Part shown: positions 20,069 to 29,007 of the stretch, piece by piece | Layout of the letters: every line of letters starts with the position of its first letter | Position numbering within the stretch: the stretch's first letter is position 1 | Source of the DNA: Bdellovibrionota bacterium | Lineage (GTDB): Bacteria; Bdellovibrionota_C; UBA2361; OMII01 | NCBI GenBank assembly: GCA_044345405.1 | Contig: JBIJBE010000017.1 | Coordinates: 1 to 64,000 of the forward strand | DNA: 64,000 nucleotides | Reading direction: 5' to 3' | Position numbers and translations under genes: made by a program | Notes under the pieces: model-generated | What the model was told of the DNA's origin: nothing | Database searches by the model: none | What the model saw: the letters and a program-made list of their open reading frames with translations, nothing else

Positions 20069-20274
20069 AATCTCCTTTTATGATGCAAAAAAGGCCTTAA
20101 CAAGACCTAATTTGTAACATCCTGATAATATGGGATATGTTAAGGGTGCTGATAGGGGCACTCGCAAGCGAGGCCATCACCTGAAGAGGTGCCTACTTTT
20201 CCGCAACTCTCCCGAATCAGAAATCGAGCTTAAGGACGCAGTGCGCTCATGATGCTCGCGCAGTGAAGGGAGCC

Positions 20275-21684
20275 TTACTTTGCGGACTCCAGTTCCTTCC
20301 GACGTAGCTTCGCCCACCCCTCTTTGTTCTCTTGTTTGGCGCGGCCGATTCCGAGCGTGTCGGCGGGGACGTCGTGGGTAATGACTGAGCCAGCGGCAAC
20401 GAGCGCTCCGTCTCCGATCGTTACTGGTGCTACAAGGGCTGAGTTGCTTCCGATAAAGACCCCAGCTCCGATAGTTGTCTGTGCTTTCTTGTAGCCGTCG
20501 TAGTTACAGGTGATCGTGCCAGCGCCGATGTTGGAATCTTTGCCCACCACGCAATCACCGAGATAGGTGAGGTGGGAAGCCTTTGCTCCATCATGGAGTG
20601 TAGTGTTCTTTGTCTCAACGAAGTTGCCGATGCGGCAGTGTTCGCCGATCTTAGAGCCAGGTCGTACGTTCGCGAATGGTCCAACGCTCGCTTCTCTCCC
20701 AATCGTTGAACTCTCGACGTGAGAGCCTAGTTTAATAATCGCGTTCTCTGCGATGGTTGAATCCTTGATGATAGCTGTGCCCTCGACGATAGCGCCACTT
20801 CGGATCGTGGTAGACCCACGAAGTTGTACATTCGGTCCAATCTGAGCGCCTGGCGCTATGCTAACTGATGCGTCGATGAAGCAGCTCTTTGGATCAACGA
20901 AGGACACGCCATCAAGTTGAAGTCGCTTGATCTGACGTTGCGCAAGCACGTCGTTGACGAGAGAGAGTTCATACGGAGTGTTCACCCCCGCAGCCTCGGC
21001 CGCGTCCGCGAGCGGGAATGCCGCTACGGTTTGTCCCTCCTTGCACGCCTTCTCCACGATGTCGGTGAGGTAGTACTCCCCTTGAGCGTTATTGTTGGTG
21101 AGCGCCTCAACGGCAGGTTTAAGAAACGCTGAGTCCACAGCGTAGAAACCGGAGTTAACCTCGGAGACAAGGGCTTCCTCGGGGTTGCAATCTTTAGCCT
21201 CTGTGATTCGGAGGATATGCCCCTTCTCATCTCGAATCAGCTTGCCGTACCCGTTCGGGGGGGGCGCCTTGAACGAGAGCATCGTAAGGGTCGCTTTCTT
21301 AAAGGAATGGTATTGAGTGAAGAGCTGTAAGGTTTCGCTCGTGAAGAGGGGGTGGTCGGCGTAGGTGATAAGCACGGTGCCGGTGAAGCCTTGGAGAGCG
21401 GGAAGGGCGCATTTGACCGCGTGCCCTGTTCCGAGCTGCTCGTCCTGAATCGCTATCTCGATAGTGTGCCCTTTGGAGCTGGCGCTTGTCGCGAGGTAAG
21501 ACTTTAAAACCTCCTGTTTGTGGCCCGCCACGACGATAGTTCGCGAAGGTTTGAGTGGAGCAACCGCATCGAGGAGGTGGTCGATCAGGGCTTTTTCACG
21601 GGTTTGGGTTACAGCCTTGGGAAGGTCTCCGCCCATGCGTTTTCCCGCCCCAGCCGCCAAAATGATGCAACAAATCGTATCCAT
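20275..21684 (-). CDS. glmU: Bifunctional UDP-GlcNAc pyrophosphorylase/glucosamine-1-P acetyltransferase
   Basis: ILAAGAGKRM..PK, QLGTGHAV, EYYLTD, hexapeptide repeats, GNFVETK, HLTYLGD, TITCNYDG. Confidence 0.97.
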   Translation of the reverse strand: MDTICCIILAAGAGKRMGGDLPKAVTQTREKALIDHLLDAVAPLKPSRTIVVAGHKQEVLKSYLATSASSKGHTIEIAIQDEQLGTGHAVKCALPALQGFTGTVLITYADHPLFTSETLQLFTQYHSFKKATLTMLSFKAPPPNGYGKLIRDEKGHILRITEAKDCNPEEALVSEVNSGFYAVDSAFLKPAVEALTNNNAQGEYYLTDIVEKACKEGQTVAAFPLADAAEAAGVNTPYELSLVNDVLAQRQIKRLQLDGVSFVDPKSCFIDASVSIAPGAQIGPNVQLRGSTTIRSGAIVEGTAIIKDSTIAENAIIKLGSHVESSTIGREASVGPFANVRPGSKIGEHCRIGNFVETKNTTLHDGAKASHLTYLGDCVVGKDSNIGAGTITCNYDGYKKAQTTIGAGVFIGSNSALVAPVTIGDGALVAAGSVITHDVPADTLGIGRAKQENKEGWAKLRRKELESAK

Positions 21685-21917
21685 AGTGCTTCATACGGTA
21701 TCACGGTCTTGGAAGGAGAGACACGCCCCGAGTGAAGGACGTTCGCTCTGGATGAGATATCTTTCGGTTAAAGCCCCCTTATGCCCCTAAGCAAGGGATT
21801 CGCCCCGTTTTGGGGGATCCCATAGATGGCCGTCAGAGCGGGTGCAGTTTCGGTATCGAGCCCCTTTTACCCTCACCACTTCCTTGCTAATTATACGGGG
21901 CACCTTAGAGAGGCTTT

Positions 21918-23150
21918 ATGACAGTAAAAATTCACGTTGAAAATCCCGTAGTGGAGCTTGATGGCGACGAGATGACCCGCGTCATCTGGCAATACATTCG
22001 CGAGAAGCTCATCCTCCCCTTCCTCGACATCGACATTAAGTATTTCGACCTTTCGATGGAGAACCGAGACGCGACGAACGATCAGGTAACGATCGATTCC
22101 GCTGAGGCGATCAAGGAGTACGGTGTCGGCATCAAGTGCGCGACTATCACTCCTGATGAGGAGCGCGTGAAGGAGTTTAAGTTAAAGAAGATGTGGAAGT
22201 CGCCAAACGGCACTATCCGTAACATCATCGGCGGGACGGTATTCCGTGAGCCGATCATCTGTAAGAACGTTCCACGTCTCGTCCCTGGCTGGACGCAGTC
22301 GATCGTGGTTGGTCGTCACGCATTCGGCGATCAATACCGCGCCACAGACTTCAAGGTTCCTGGCAAAGGTAAGCTCACGATGAAGTTCCAGCCAGCCGAT
22401 GGCGGACAACCGATTGAGTACGAGGTGTTTGATTTCCCTTCAAGCGGAGTCGCGATGGGGATGTACAACCTCGATGAGTCTATCCAGAGCTTCGCGCGTA
22501 GTTGCTTGAACTACGGGCTCGCCAAGAAGCTTCCAACCTACCTTTCAACGAAGAACACTATCCTTAAAGCGTACGATGGACGCTTCAAGGATATCTTCCA
22601 AGCGGTGTATGACGCTGAGTTCAAAGAGGCCTTTACAAAAGCCGGTATCGAGTACCAGCACCGCCTGATCGATGACATGGTCGCGTACGCGATGAAGTCA
22701 AAGGGTGGATTCCTCTGGGCTTGTAAGAACTACGATGGCGATGTCCAGTCTGACTCGATCGCGCAAGGCTTCGGCTCCCTTGGTTTGATGACCTCAGTTC
22801 TTATGACCGAGGATGGTCGTACGATTGAGGCCGAAGCGGCTCACGGAACTGTGACCCGACACTTCCGCCTTCACCAGCAAGGAAAGGAGACCTCAACCAA
22901 TCCGATCGCGTCGATCTTCGCGTGGACAACGGGCCTAAAGTTCCGTGGACAGTTCGACGGTAATCACGCCCTCGTGAGCTTCGCGACCGCCCTGGAAGAG
23001 GTGTGTGTGGACGCTGTTGAGAGTGGCAAGATGACTAAGGACCTCGCGTTGTGCATCTACGGCGATGATCTGAAGCGTGAGCACTACTTGAGCACCGAGC
23101 AGTTCCTCGATGTTATCGCGCATAACCTCTCTAATAGGATCGCTCACTAA
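21918..23150 (+). CDS. icd: NADP-dependent isocitrate dehydrogenase (type II, eukaryote-like)
   Basis: [45 protein letters not shown]. Confidence 0.97.
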   Translation: MTVKIHVENPVVELDGDEMTRVIWQYIREKLILPFLDIDIKYFDLSMENRDATNDQVTIDSAEAIKEYGVGIKCATITPDEERVKEFKLKKMWKSPNGTIRNIIGGTVFREPIICKNVPRLVPGWTQSIVVGRHAFGDQYRATDFKVPGKGKLTMKFQPADGGQPIEYEVFDFPSSGVAMGMYNLDESIQSFARSCLNYGLAKKLPTYLSTKNTILKAYDGRFKDIFQAVYDAEFKEAFTKAGIEYQHRLIDDMVAYAMKSKGGFLWACKNYDGDVQSDSIAQGFGSLGLMTSVLMTEDGRTIEAEAAHGTVTRHFRLHQQGKETSTNPIASIFAWTTGLKFRGQFDGNHALVSFATALEEVCVDAVESGKMTKDLALCIYGDDLKREHYLSTEQFLDVIAHNLSNRIAH

Positions 23151-23163
23151 GAGCCGCGTTCAA

Positions 23164-23213
23164 AAAGGCAAAGGCCCCGAAGAGCTCGTGTGCTCTTCGG
23201 GGCCTTTGCCTTT
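23164..23213. terminator. Bidirectional terminator between icd and the convergent gene
   Basis: 22-bp perfect stem AAAGGCAAAGGCCCCGAAGAGC / GCTCTTCGGGGCCTTTGCCTTT. Confidence 0.85.
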
Positions 23214-23230
23214 GTATGGTCGGTTTAAGC

Positions 23231-23965
23231 TCAAAGACTCAAGTCGCTGATGATACGGTTGAGGGAACGACTATCAGCGAACGCTCCCTTTCGCTCAAGG
23301 TGGCGCTGCAACGACTCTTGTAGACGGCCTATCGCCTTCACATACGTGAGGTCCGTTGAACTGATCATAGTGCTCAACGCCCCAAAGGGGTCTTCACAGA
23401 ACATTGCGGCGATATACAACGCTACGGCTCCTTGGACGGTGCAGGACTTTGTCAAGTCGCATCCTACGCCGTCCCAGGCCTTGTAAGGCCCCTCTTCTTG
23501 CATATTTTGAGCGAGGTCAAGCAACAGCTCGGCCCTTCGCTTTGCAGCATGAGGCGATGAAGCGTTCAAAATACCCGCTGCATCAGTGAGTGTAGAGACC
23601 ATTTCCTGTAACCATTTGTCTTGGAACGTTTCCATCTCGGCGACCATCTCGTCGTCCGCGCCGACCGCTTTGTATGCGGCCTCCTTACCTTTGCTGTCGA
23701 TGAGGGTGACGATATCGGCAACGAGCTGCGCTACCTGCGTGTCGGCAAATTCCTCTCCGAGCTTAGCCTTCTCAACTTCCCACGTGAGGTAGCGGTCAAA
23801 AGCTCTTTCGAACACATGGAACAATGCCATTTGTTCGTTATCCGAGAGGGCCTCGATCTGAATTTGTGCAGGCTCAACAGATGGCATATTGGCTGAACCA
23901 CCAACATCTTCATGCTTGGCTAGCTTAGTGTTAACGTGCCCTCGTGTATCTTGGAACTGGACCAT
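23231..23965 (-). CDS. Hypothetical alpha-helical protein
   Basis: 244-aa ORF filling an intergenic space, acidic and helical composition; no family recognised. Confidence 0.7.
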   Translation of the reverse strand: MVQFQDTRGHVNTKLAKHEDVGGSANMPSVEPAQIQIEALSDNEQMALFHVFERAFDRYLTWEVEKAKLGEEFADTQVAQLVADIVTLIDSKGKEAAYKAVGADDEMVAEMETFQDKWLQEMVSTLTDAAGILNASSPHAAKRRAELLLDLAQNMQEEGPYKAWDGVGCDLTKSCTVQGAVALYIAAMFCEDPFGALSTMISSTDLTYVKAIGRLQESLQRHLERKGAFADSRSLNRIISDLSL

Positions 23966-24198
23966 ACATCACCCTTTGTTGCGTTACTGTGGTTGCGAGC
24001 AAAACAAACGCTCGGTATGGAGAGAGGGTGCCAGGGCGGTAGTTCTTACTCAAAGGCGAAGTGGGCGATTGTGGCCCATTTCTCAGGAAAAATGGCGGCT
24101 TTGTAAGGGGTTGGATAGCTGTTTTTATTTAGATCCAAATCTACTAAAAGTAGAAAGGCGCCCGTATCGCAAGGTGGCAAACCGCCTAAAAAGAGGAC

Positions 24199-24768
24199 CT
24201 ATCTGGCCTCAATCATCCCCGCGATCATCTCCACCGGCCGCTCCGTATCCCACCGTCGAGCGCCAACTAGTTTAGCGGTAGCTACGCCGGTATCGGGATC
24301 CTGAAAGGTTACTGGAACCCCCATACGGTCCAGGAAGATCGTTGTGGGAACCTCCTTAATAGAGAAGTACTGCTTCAAATCTCCCTGAGGGTCAACGATG
24401 ATGGGGAAGGGGAGCCCAAAACGGGTCGCGAAATTACGCGCTTCGAAGGGATCATTGTCGATCGAGACCCCGATGATCTGAAAGTCGGACCCTTTTAACG
24501 CCGCATCTAGGTTTCTGAGCGAGGGAGCTTCCCCCGCGCAGTCAGGACACCATGAGGCGAAGAAGTGGAGCAAGACTACCTTACCGCTATAGTTGGAGAG
24601 ACTTGCACGTGGTCCTTGAGCGGTCGGGAACTCTGTCTGAATGACCTCCTGCAGGCCCTGCGAATTAGGGTTTTGGGTGACTTGTGAGGAGGCACACCCG
24701 GCTAAAAAAGCGCTACTCAGGGCGATCCAGATGGTTGCGACTATTCTTTGAACGGAGCTATGGCGCAT
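24199..24768 (-). CDS. TlpA-family thiol-disulfide oxidoreductase lipoprotein
   Basis: Lipobox LAGC, GKVVLLHFFASWCPDC, VPTTIFLDR; start ATG 24768. Confidence 0.9.
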   Translation of the reverse strand: MRHSSVQRIVATIWIALSSAFLAGCASSQVTQNPNSQGLQEVIQTEFPTAQGPRASLSNYSGKVVLLHFFASWCPDCAGEAPSLRNLDAALKGSDFQIIGVSIDNDPFEARNFATRFGLPFPIIVDPQGDLKQYFSIKEVPTTIFLDRMGVPVTFQDPDTGVATAKLVGARRWDTERPVEMIAGMIEAR

Positions 24769-24775
24769 CGTTAGA

Positions 24776-25792
24776 TTACCTACAGGATAGTCCCGGCCCC
24801 CCAAGTGGCAACCGAGTAACTCTACCGGCTTCATCTCGAAGTGATACCGAGATCCTCTGCTCCTCGAAGCGTTCGGCCGGCAGAGGAATATACTCTCCTA
24901 CATAATGCCCGGGAGAGCGCTCGACAAGCGGAATATCGACAACCGCTGTCCCGATAGAGAACGTTCCGGTCTGAGAGGGGCTCCCAAGCGTGACGACGGT
25001 GATCTTGCCGCCAGGTCGGATCCTCCCGTTCTCTCCGTTATGAGCGGCTCCAATAATGGCAGGAGGCGCGACCTGTAGAAACTCGGGCCTAGCGTCGCGG
25101 CGTAGGGGGCGGATCGACTTCTCAACGACGTCATCTGCCAGGGCTGTTATGATCGAGTTATCCAGCCCTTTGATTGGCTCAAGAACTATGTTGGAGAACC
25201 CGGTTGGTCCCTTCGTGATTCCGCGACTGTCAGAGTCTTGAGCGTTTGTGGCGAAGAGAACTTTTTTGTTGTGAGCAGAGACGATCCTTAGGTCAATGGC
25301 GACGGTGCTAACCGACTGGATACCATAGTAGCTTCGGTCCCATTTGAGCACCTTTCCGTAGAGCACCGCATCGCAGGATAAAAGCTTCGAGCAAATTTCG
25401 TTTGGGTCTGCGGCAAAAACCTTATTCAGATCAAGCTCGACTGGCTTGGTTCCCGGAATGGTGAACCCGTTATGAATGAGCGCGGCCTCCACGAGCGCGG
25501 GCGTCAAGACATCGAGAGACGCCTTCGAGAGCTCGGTTTGTACCTGCGTCTGCACGAATTGAGCGGGTGTTTGCTTTAGCTTAGCTGAGACAAGCGCCAC
25601 GTTGTCGATGAGAAGATCCTCATCAGCCTGAACGAGCGCGCCTTTGTCATCTACCTGGGCAAACGGAAGGACGGCGATACGAATTGGCTCTGAGGGATTG
25701 AAGTTTAGGGTGTGCGAGTATGTGCCAGCGCATCCTGAGAGCGCAGCCAAGAGAAAAGCCACTCCCGTACGGTGAAACAGTGAATACGTCAT
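24776..25792 (-). CDS. Lipoprotein, DUF799/GNA1162-like N-domain plus C-terminal beta domain
   Basis: Lipobox LSGC, IAVLPF, DAVLYGKVLKWDRSY typical of this fold. Confidence 0.7.
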   Translation of the reverse strand: MTYSLFHRTGVAFLLAALSGCAGTYSHTLNFNPSEPIRIAVLPFAQVDDKGALVQADEDLLIDNVALVSAKLKQTPAQFVQTQVQTELSKASLDVLTPALVEAALIHNGFTIPGTKPVELDLNKVFAADPNEICSKLLSCDAVLYGKVLKWDRSYYGIQSVSTVAIDLRIVSAHNKKVLFATNAQDSDSRGITKGPTGFSNIVLEPIKGLDNSIITALADDVVEKSIRPLRRDARPEFLQVAPPAIIGAAHNGENGRIRPGGKITVVTLGSPSQTGTFSIGTAVVDIPLVERSPGHYVGEYIPLPAERFEEQRISVSLRDEAGRVTRLPLGGPGLSCR

Positions 25793-25795
25793 ACG

Positions 25796-26965
25796 CTATT
25801 TCGTGGCCTCCACCACAATTGGTTGAGAAGGAACTTGGCCCTTGCCGACGGCGAGGATCGCCACGGTGCTGGCTTGAGGGAGTTTAATCGAAGCTGTTCG
25901 TTGCTCCGAAACTTTCTGGTAAGGCCCCCCTGTCTGGGAGGCTTGGTAGATCAGTATCTTTTCAACACCGCAGTGAGGAATTGATGAGGAACAGCCCTTA
26001 CCTCGAGTGGAGTTGTCTTCGCCAACGGTCGTACACAAGACCTCAGCGCGACCGGTTTCGACCGTGGTAACTCTATCTTTAAGGGCGCACGGTGGCTCAG
26101 AAGGGATTGAGACCGCCTCGCGCGCTGAATTACCGAAGGCTGTTCGGAGCTCTATGGCCTCAGCTCCAACGCTCGGACCCGATACAAGCGAGGAAAATAC
26201 TCTGCAATAGCGTCCGGGCGAAACCTCTCGAAGTGGTGTGCGGGTAGTGCCAAGGAGGAGGTAGGCGAAGGAGTGAGGAGTTCCATGCGCGCACACCGTG
26301 TACGTCGAGGGGGAGGTCAATTCCGCGGTTGCCGGTGTCAGGGCGAGGCTAGTTGATTCCGGCCGGCCAGGCGATTCGGAGCTGCTCGGCGCGGGTAACT
26401 TTTCAACGACCTGATGAGCGAATCTTTCAGCGAGATCGTCGAATACTTCATCTCCACTGTGACGAATCTGCGAGAGTATTCCCTGAAATACCTGCCCGGA
26501 TTGGAGAAGAACTCCACCTGACTCATTCTCGGTGTGAGAAACGGAGATGAGTTGGGCATCTTTTGTATCAGTGATGGAAACTGAACCCTGCAGTTGATTG
26601 TAATAGCCAGCTATAAAATTATTACGGGAAAATGAATCAAGCTTCACGGTTACGAAGCCATCTATGAGATAGTTGCGAGCTATCTCGGAACGCTCGGGGC
26701 ACGAGGGCGCCGAGCACAGATTCGACATAATAGTCTGGTCAGCCACGAGGAAGTTTCTGTTTCGAAGCTCCTGCACTATAGCGTCATGCACGATATCGAC
26801 CCGTTCGCGGGGAATATCGCCGGAGTAGTCGGGTGGAAGTACCGCAAGGGCGAGGGGGAGGGAACCGCCTACTGGTAGTGAGGACGTTACTTTAGGCGCG
26901 CACGCTGTGAGTGTCAGCGAGATGAGAGCTAGGAGGATTTGGGTCGATCGTCGAACACTTTTCAT
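25796..26965 (-). CDS. Cys-rich lipoprotein, distant paralog of the adjacent DUF799-like protein
   Basis: Lipobox LTAC, LAVLPP, shared PLxExSPGxY motif, multiple Cys. Confidence 0.65.
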   Translation of the reverse strand: MKSVRRSTQILLALISLTLTACAPKVTSSLPVGGSLPLALAVLPPDYSGDIPRERVDIVHDAIVQELRNRNFLVADQTIMSNLCSAPSCPERSEIARNYLIDGFVTVKLDSFSRNNFIAGYYNQLQGSVSITDTKDAQLISVSHTENESGGVLLQSGQVFQGILSQIRHSGDEVFDDLAERFAHQVVEKLPAPSSSESPGRPESTSLALTPATAELTSPSTYTVCAHGTPHSFAYLLLGTTRTPLREVSPGRYCRVFSSLVSGPSVGAEAIELRTAFGNSAREAVSIPSEPPCALKDRVTTVETGRAEVLCTTVGEDNSTRGKGCSSSIPHCGVEKILIYQASQTGGPYQKVSEQRTASIKLPQASTVAILAVGKGQVPSQPIVVEATK

Positions 26966-27012
26966 CTCTCTACCCTTGCGGTTCTCTCCCGGTCTATTCG
27001 AAATTGGTACTA

Positions 27013-27447
27013 CTATTCGATAATGATGGAACCGCGAACACCCTGCGGTTGATTCTTCAGGCCCATGACGGTGAACGAATAGGTGCCACGGTCATGAAAA
27101 CACGAGCTCGCGAAGTCTTTGGGGGCTATCGGCTCCGTCGAGCGTATATTTCCGTTTTCATTAATCTTCAAGTTTCCTGATGAACAGTGTGTCGCGTGTT
27201 CGTGGTATTCAACCGAGATGGTAATGAGGGAGTCTGATGTGTCGTTCAGAAAGAACGCCATCTTATCATCTTTGCTCATTCTCATGGTTAATGGTGAGGC
27301 TCCCTGATCGGTTATGGTGATGATATGCCCGGTGCTTTCAGGGGGCATAGAAGAGTGCACGGGCTCCGCTTGCGAAGCGTCATAGGTTGGAAGGACGCAC
27401 AGAACCGCTGCTAGTATCAACGAAGGCAAGAAGTGGGAGCTGCGCAT
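27013..27447 (-). CDS. Secreted small beta-sandwich protein, cupredoxin-like
   Basis: Signal peptide; ITITDQGASP...FHDRGTYSF...GSIIIE strand pattern. Confidence 0.55.
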   Translation of the reverse strand: MRSSHFLPSLILAAVLCVLPTYDASQAEPVHSSMPPESTGHIITITDQGASPLTMRMSKDDKMAFFLNDTSDSLITISVEYHEHATHCSSGNLKINENGNIRSTEPIAPKDFASSCFHDRGTYSFTVMGLKNQPQGVRGSIIIE

Positions 27448-27561
27448 ACGGGTGATGTACCAGGGAAGCCCCCTTGGGACAACATGCTTATGCGATGCGG
27501 TGAGTTTCTCCCTCTCGAATAGCCGCCTTGGGTCCTTGCGGTCGCTCGGAGTCTCTCTTCA

Positions 27562-27897
27562 TTAATTAGAAGCGGTGTTTGAGGAGGTGTTTTGAGATTT
27601 TAGATTCGAAAGAAGGAAACCGGCATCCACTTTGATCATGAGTGACGATCCATGAACGAGGCTCGTGATACGCGATACCTCTTTCCAATCCTCGCGCGCG
27701 GACGCACGCTTGAGCTCCCCAAGGAGCGAGTGCTGTCGCCGGATGATCTCTTTGTACGAGGTAATTCGATTGAGAACGGCCTTATCTTGGACCTTGGCGG
27801 TTTTGATCGACTTGGCCGCGGCTTCTACAGCTTTCTCAAGATTTGAGAGGGCGTCGAACATGAATGAGAGAGGATGTGCTGTCATAAAAAACTTCAA
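27562..27897 (-). CDS. Small hypothetical helical protein
   Basis: 111-aa ORF, amphipathic helices; start uncertain. Confidence 0.55.
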   Translation of the reverse strand: MKFFMTAHPLSFMFDALSNLEKAVEAAAKSIKTAKVQDKAVLNRITSYKEIIRRQHSLLGELKRASAREDWKEVSRITSLVHGSSLMIKVDAGFLLSNLKSQNTSSNTASN

Positions 27898-28135
27898 AAA
27901 CCGAAAGACACCCCCTTATCTGACCAAGGGGCGCGGGTGCTTCAGGTGTAGCGAATATGGGCTTTCAACTAGTTGAAAGTATGAGGTTTTAATTTGGTAC
28001 GAGAGATGGGGAATAGCCGCCCCGTAGGCCAAGTCGACGTTGTATAAGGTACTTCGGCTAGCTGAAACGGTCATGTCACATACGAAGCTGATCTCTTCAT
28101 AACTGTTAATGAAGAGTTTTTTCGGGGTATGTGCC

Positions 28136-29002
28136 ATGAACGTTCGTAGCATTCTCACACTTTTGGCTTCTCTCCTCGTGACCGGCCACGCAGCCTTCGC
28201 GCAGACGGAACTCGCCCCGTACGAGATCATTCCAGATGGAAAGCAGTACGAGATACAGCTCGGACCTGATCAAATAAACCTTAAAACGCTCTCCGTATTT
28301 TTCGTTTCGACTGGCAACATGTCGAACGCGGTGCAGATTAACCTGACGGGCCCAGTTGGTATTCGTGGAACCGCTCGTGGTGGCTTTATCGGGGGCCTCG
28401 ACGCGGCGACCGCGCTCACGACAAGCAATCCAACGATCTCGTCGTACGGTATCCGAGCCTATGGTGTGAAGGATACGACGGAGAGCTTTGTAACCGCGTC
28501 TTCATACAACCCATACTATGGATATGTAGCGCCATGGTTTCATCTAACCAAAGACGCATGTGGAAGTAAGAGCGATCGCTACGTTGCGCAAATTAAGCTC
28601 GATCTCTCAGGTGTCGATCCCGCGTTGTATAGCCAGATCTTCTCAATCCAGATCTCTGTCAAAGAGCAGAAGTTTTCCCGAAAGCCGGTAGCATCTATCA
28701 AACCTTCCTCTGACGGAAAGTATTTTGGTGAGCCTATCTTGCTTATGAACACAGTTGGATACGGAAATGAGTTCGTAACTAAGAACACGTGGAGGGCCGG
28801 GCAGATAGTCGCGTCCGTTAAGATTCCTGTCGTTAAGTATGTGGGCTACATGGGCTACGGACTTTCCCTCATTCGAATCAAAAAGGTGTTGAAGGGCGGT
28901 AAGCACACATGGGATCTTACGAACGGTGGGGAGATATACGGAGTATGTCTTCAAGCCGTACGGAAGCGTCAGCGAGTGAACGGGTACCCCGGCGGTAAGT
29001 AA
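28136..29002 (+). CDS. Secreted hypothetical protein
   Basis: Signal peptide ending AFA-Q, beta-rich, basic C-terminal domain. Confidence 0.75.
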   Translation: MNVRSILTLLASLLVTGHAAFAQTELAPYEIIPDGKQYEIQLGPDQINLKTLSVFFVSTGNMSNAVQINLTGPVGIRGTARGGFIGGLDAATALTTSNPTISSYGIRAYGVKDTTESFVTASSYNPYYGYVAPWFHLTKDACGSKSDRYVAQIKLDLSGVDPALYSQIFSIQISVKEQKFSRKPVASIKPSSDGKYFGEPILLMNTVGYGNEFVTKNTWRAGQIVASVKIPVVKYVGYMGYGLSLIRIKKVLKGGKHTWDLTNGGEIYGVCLQAVRKRQRVNGYPGGK

Positions 29003-29007
29003 CCGCG

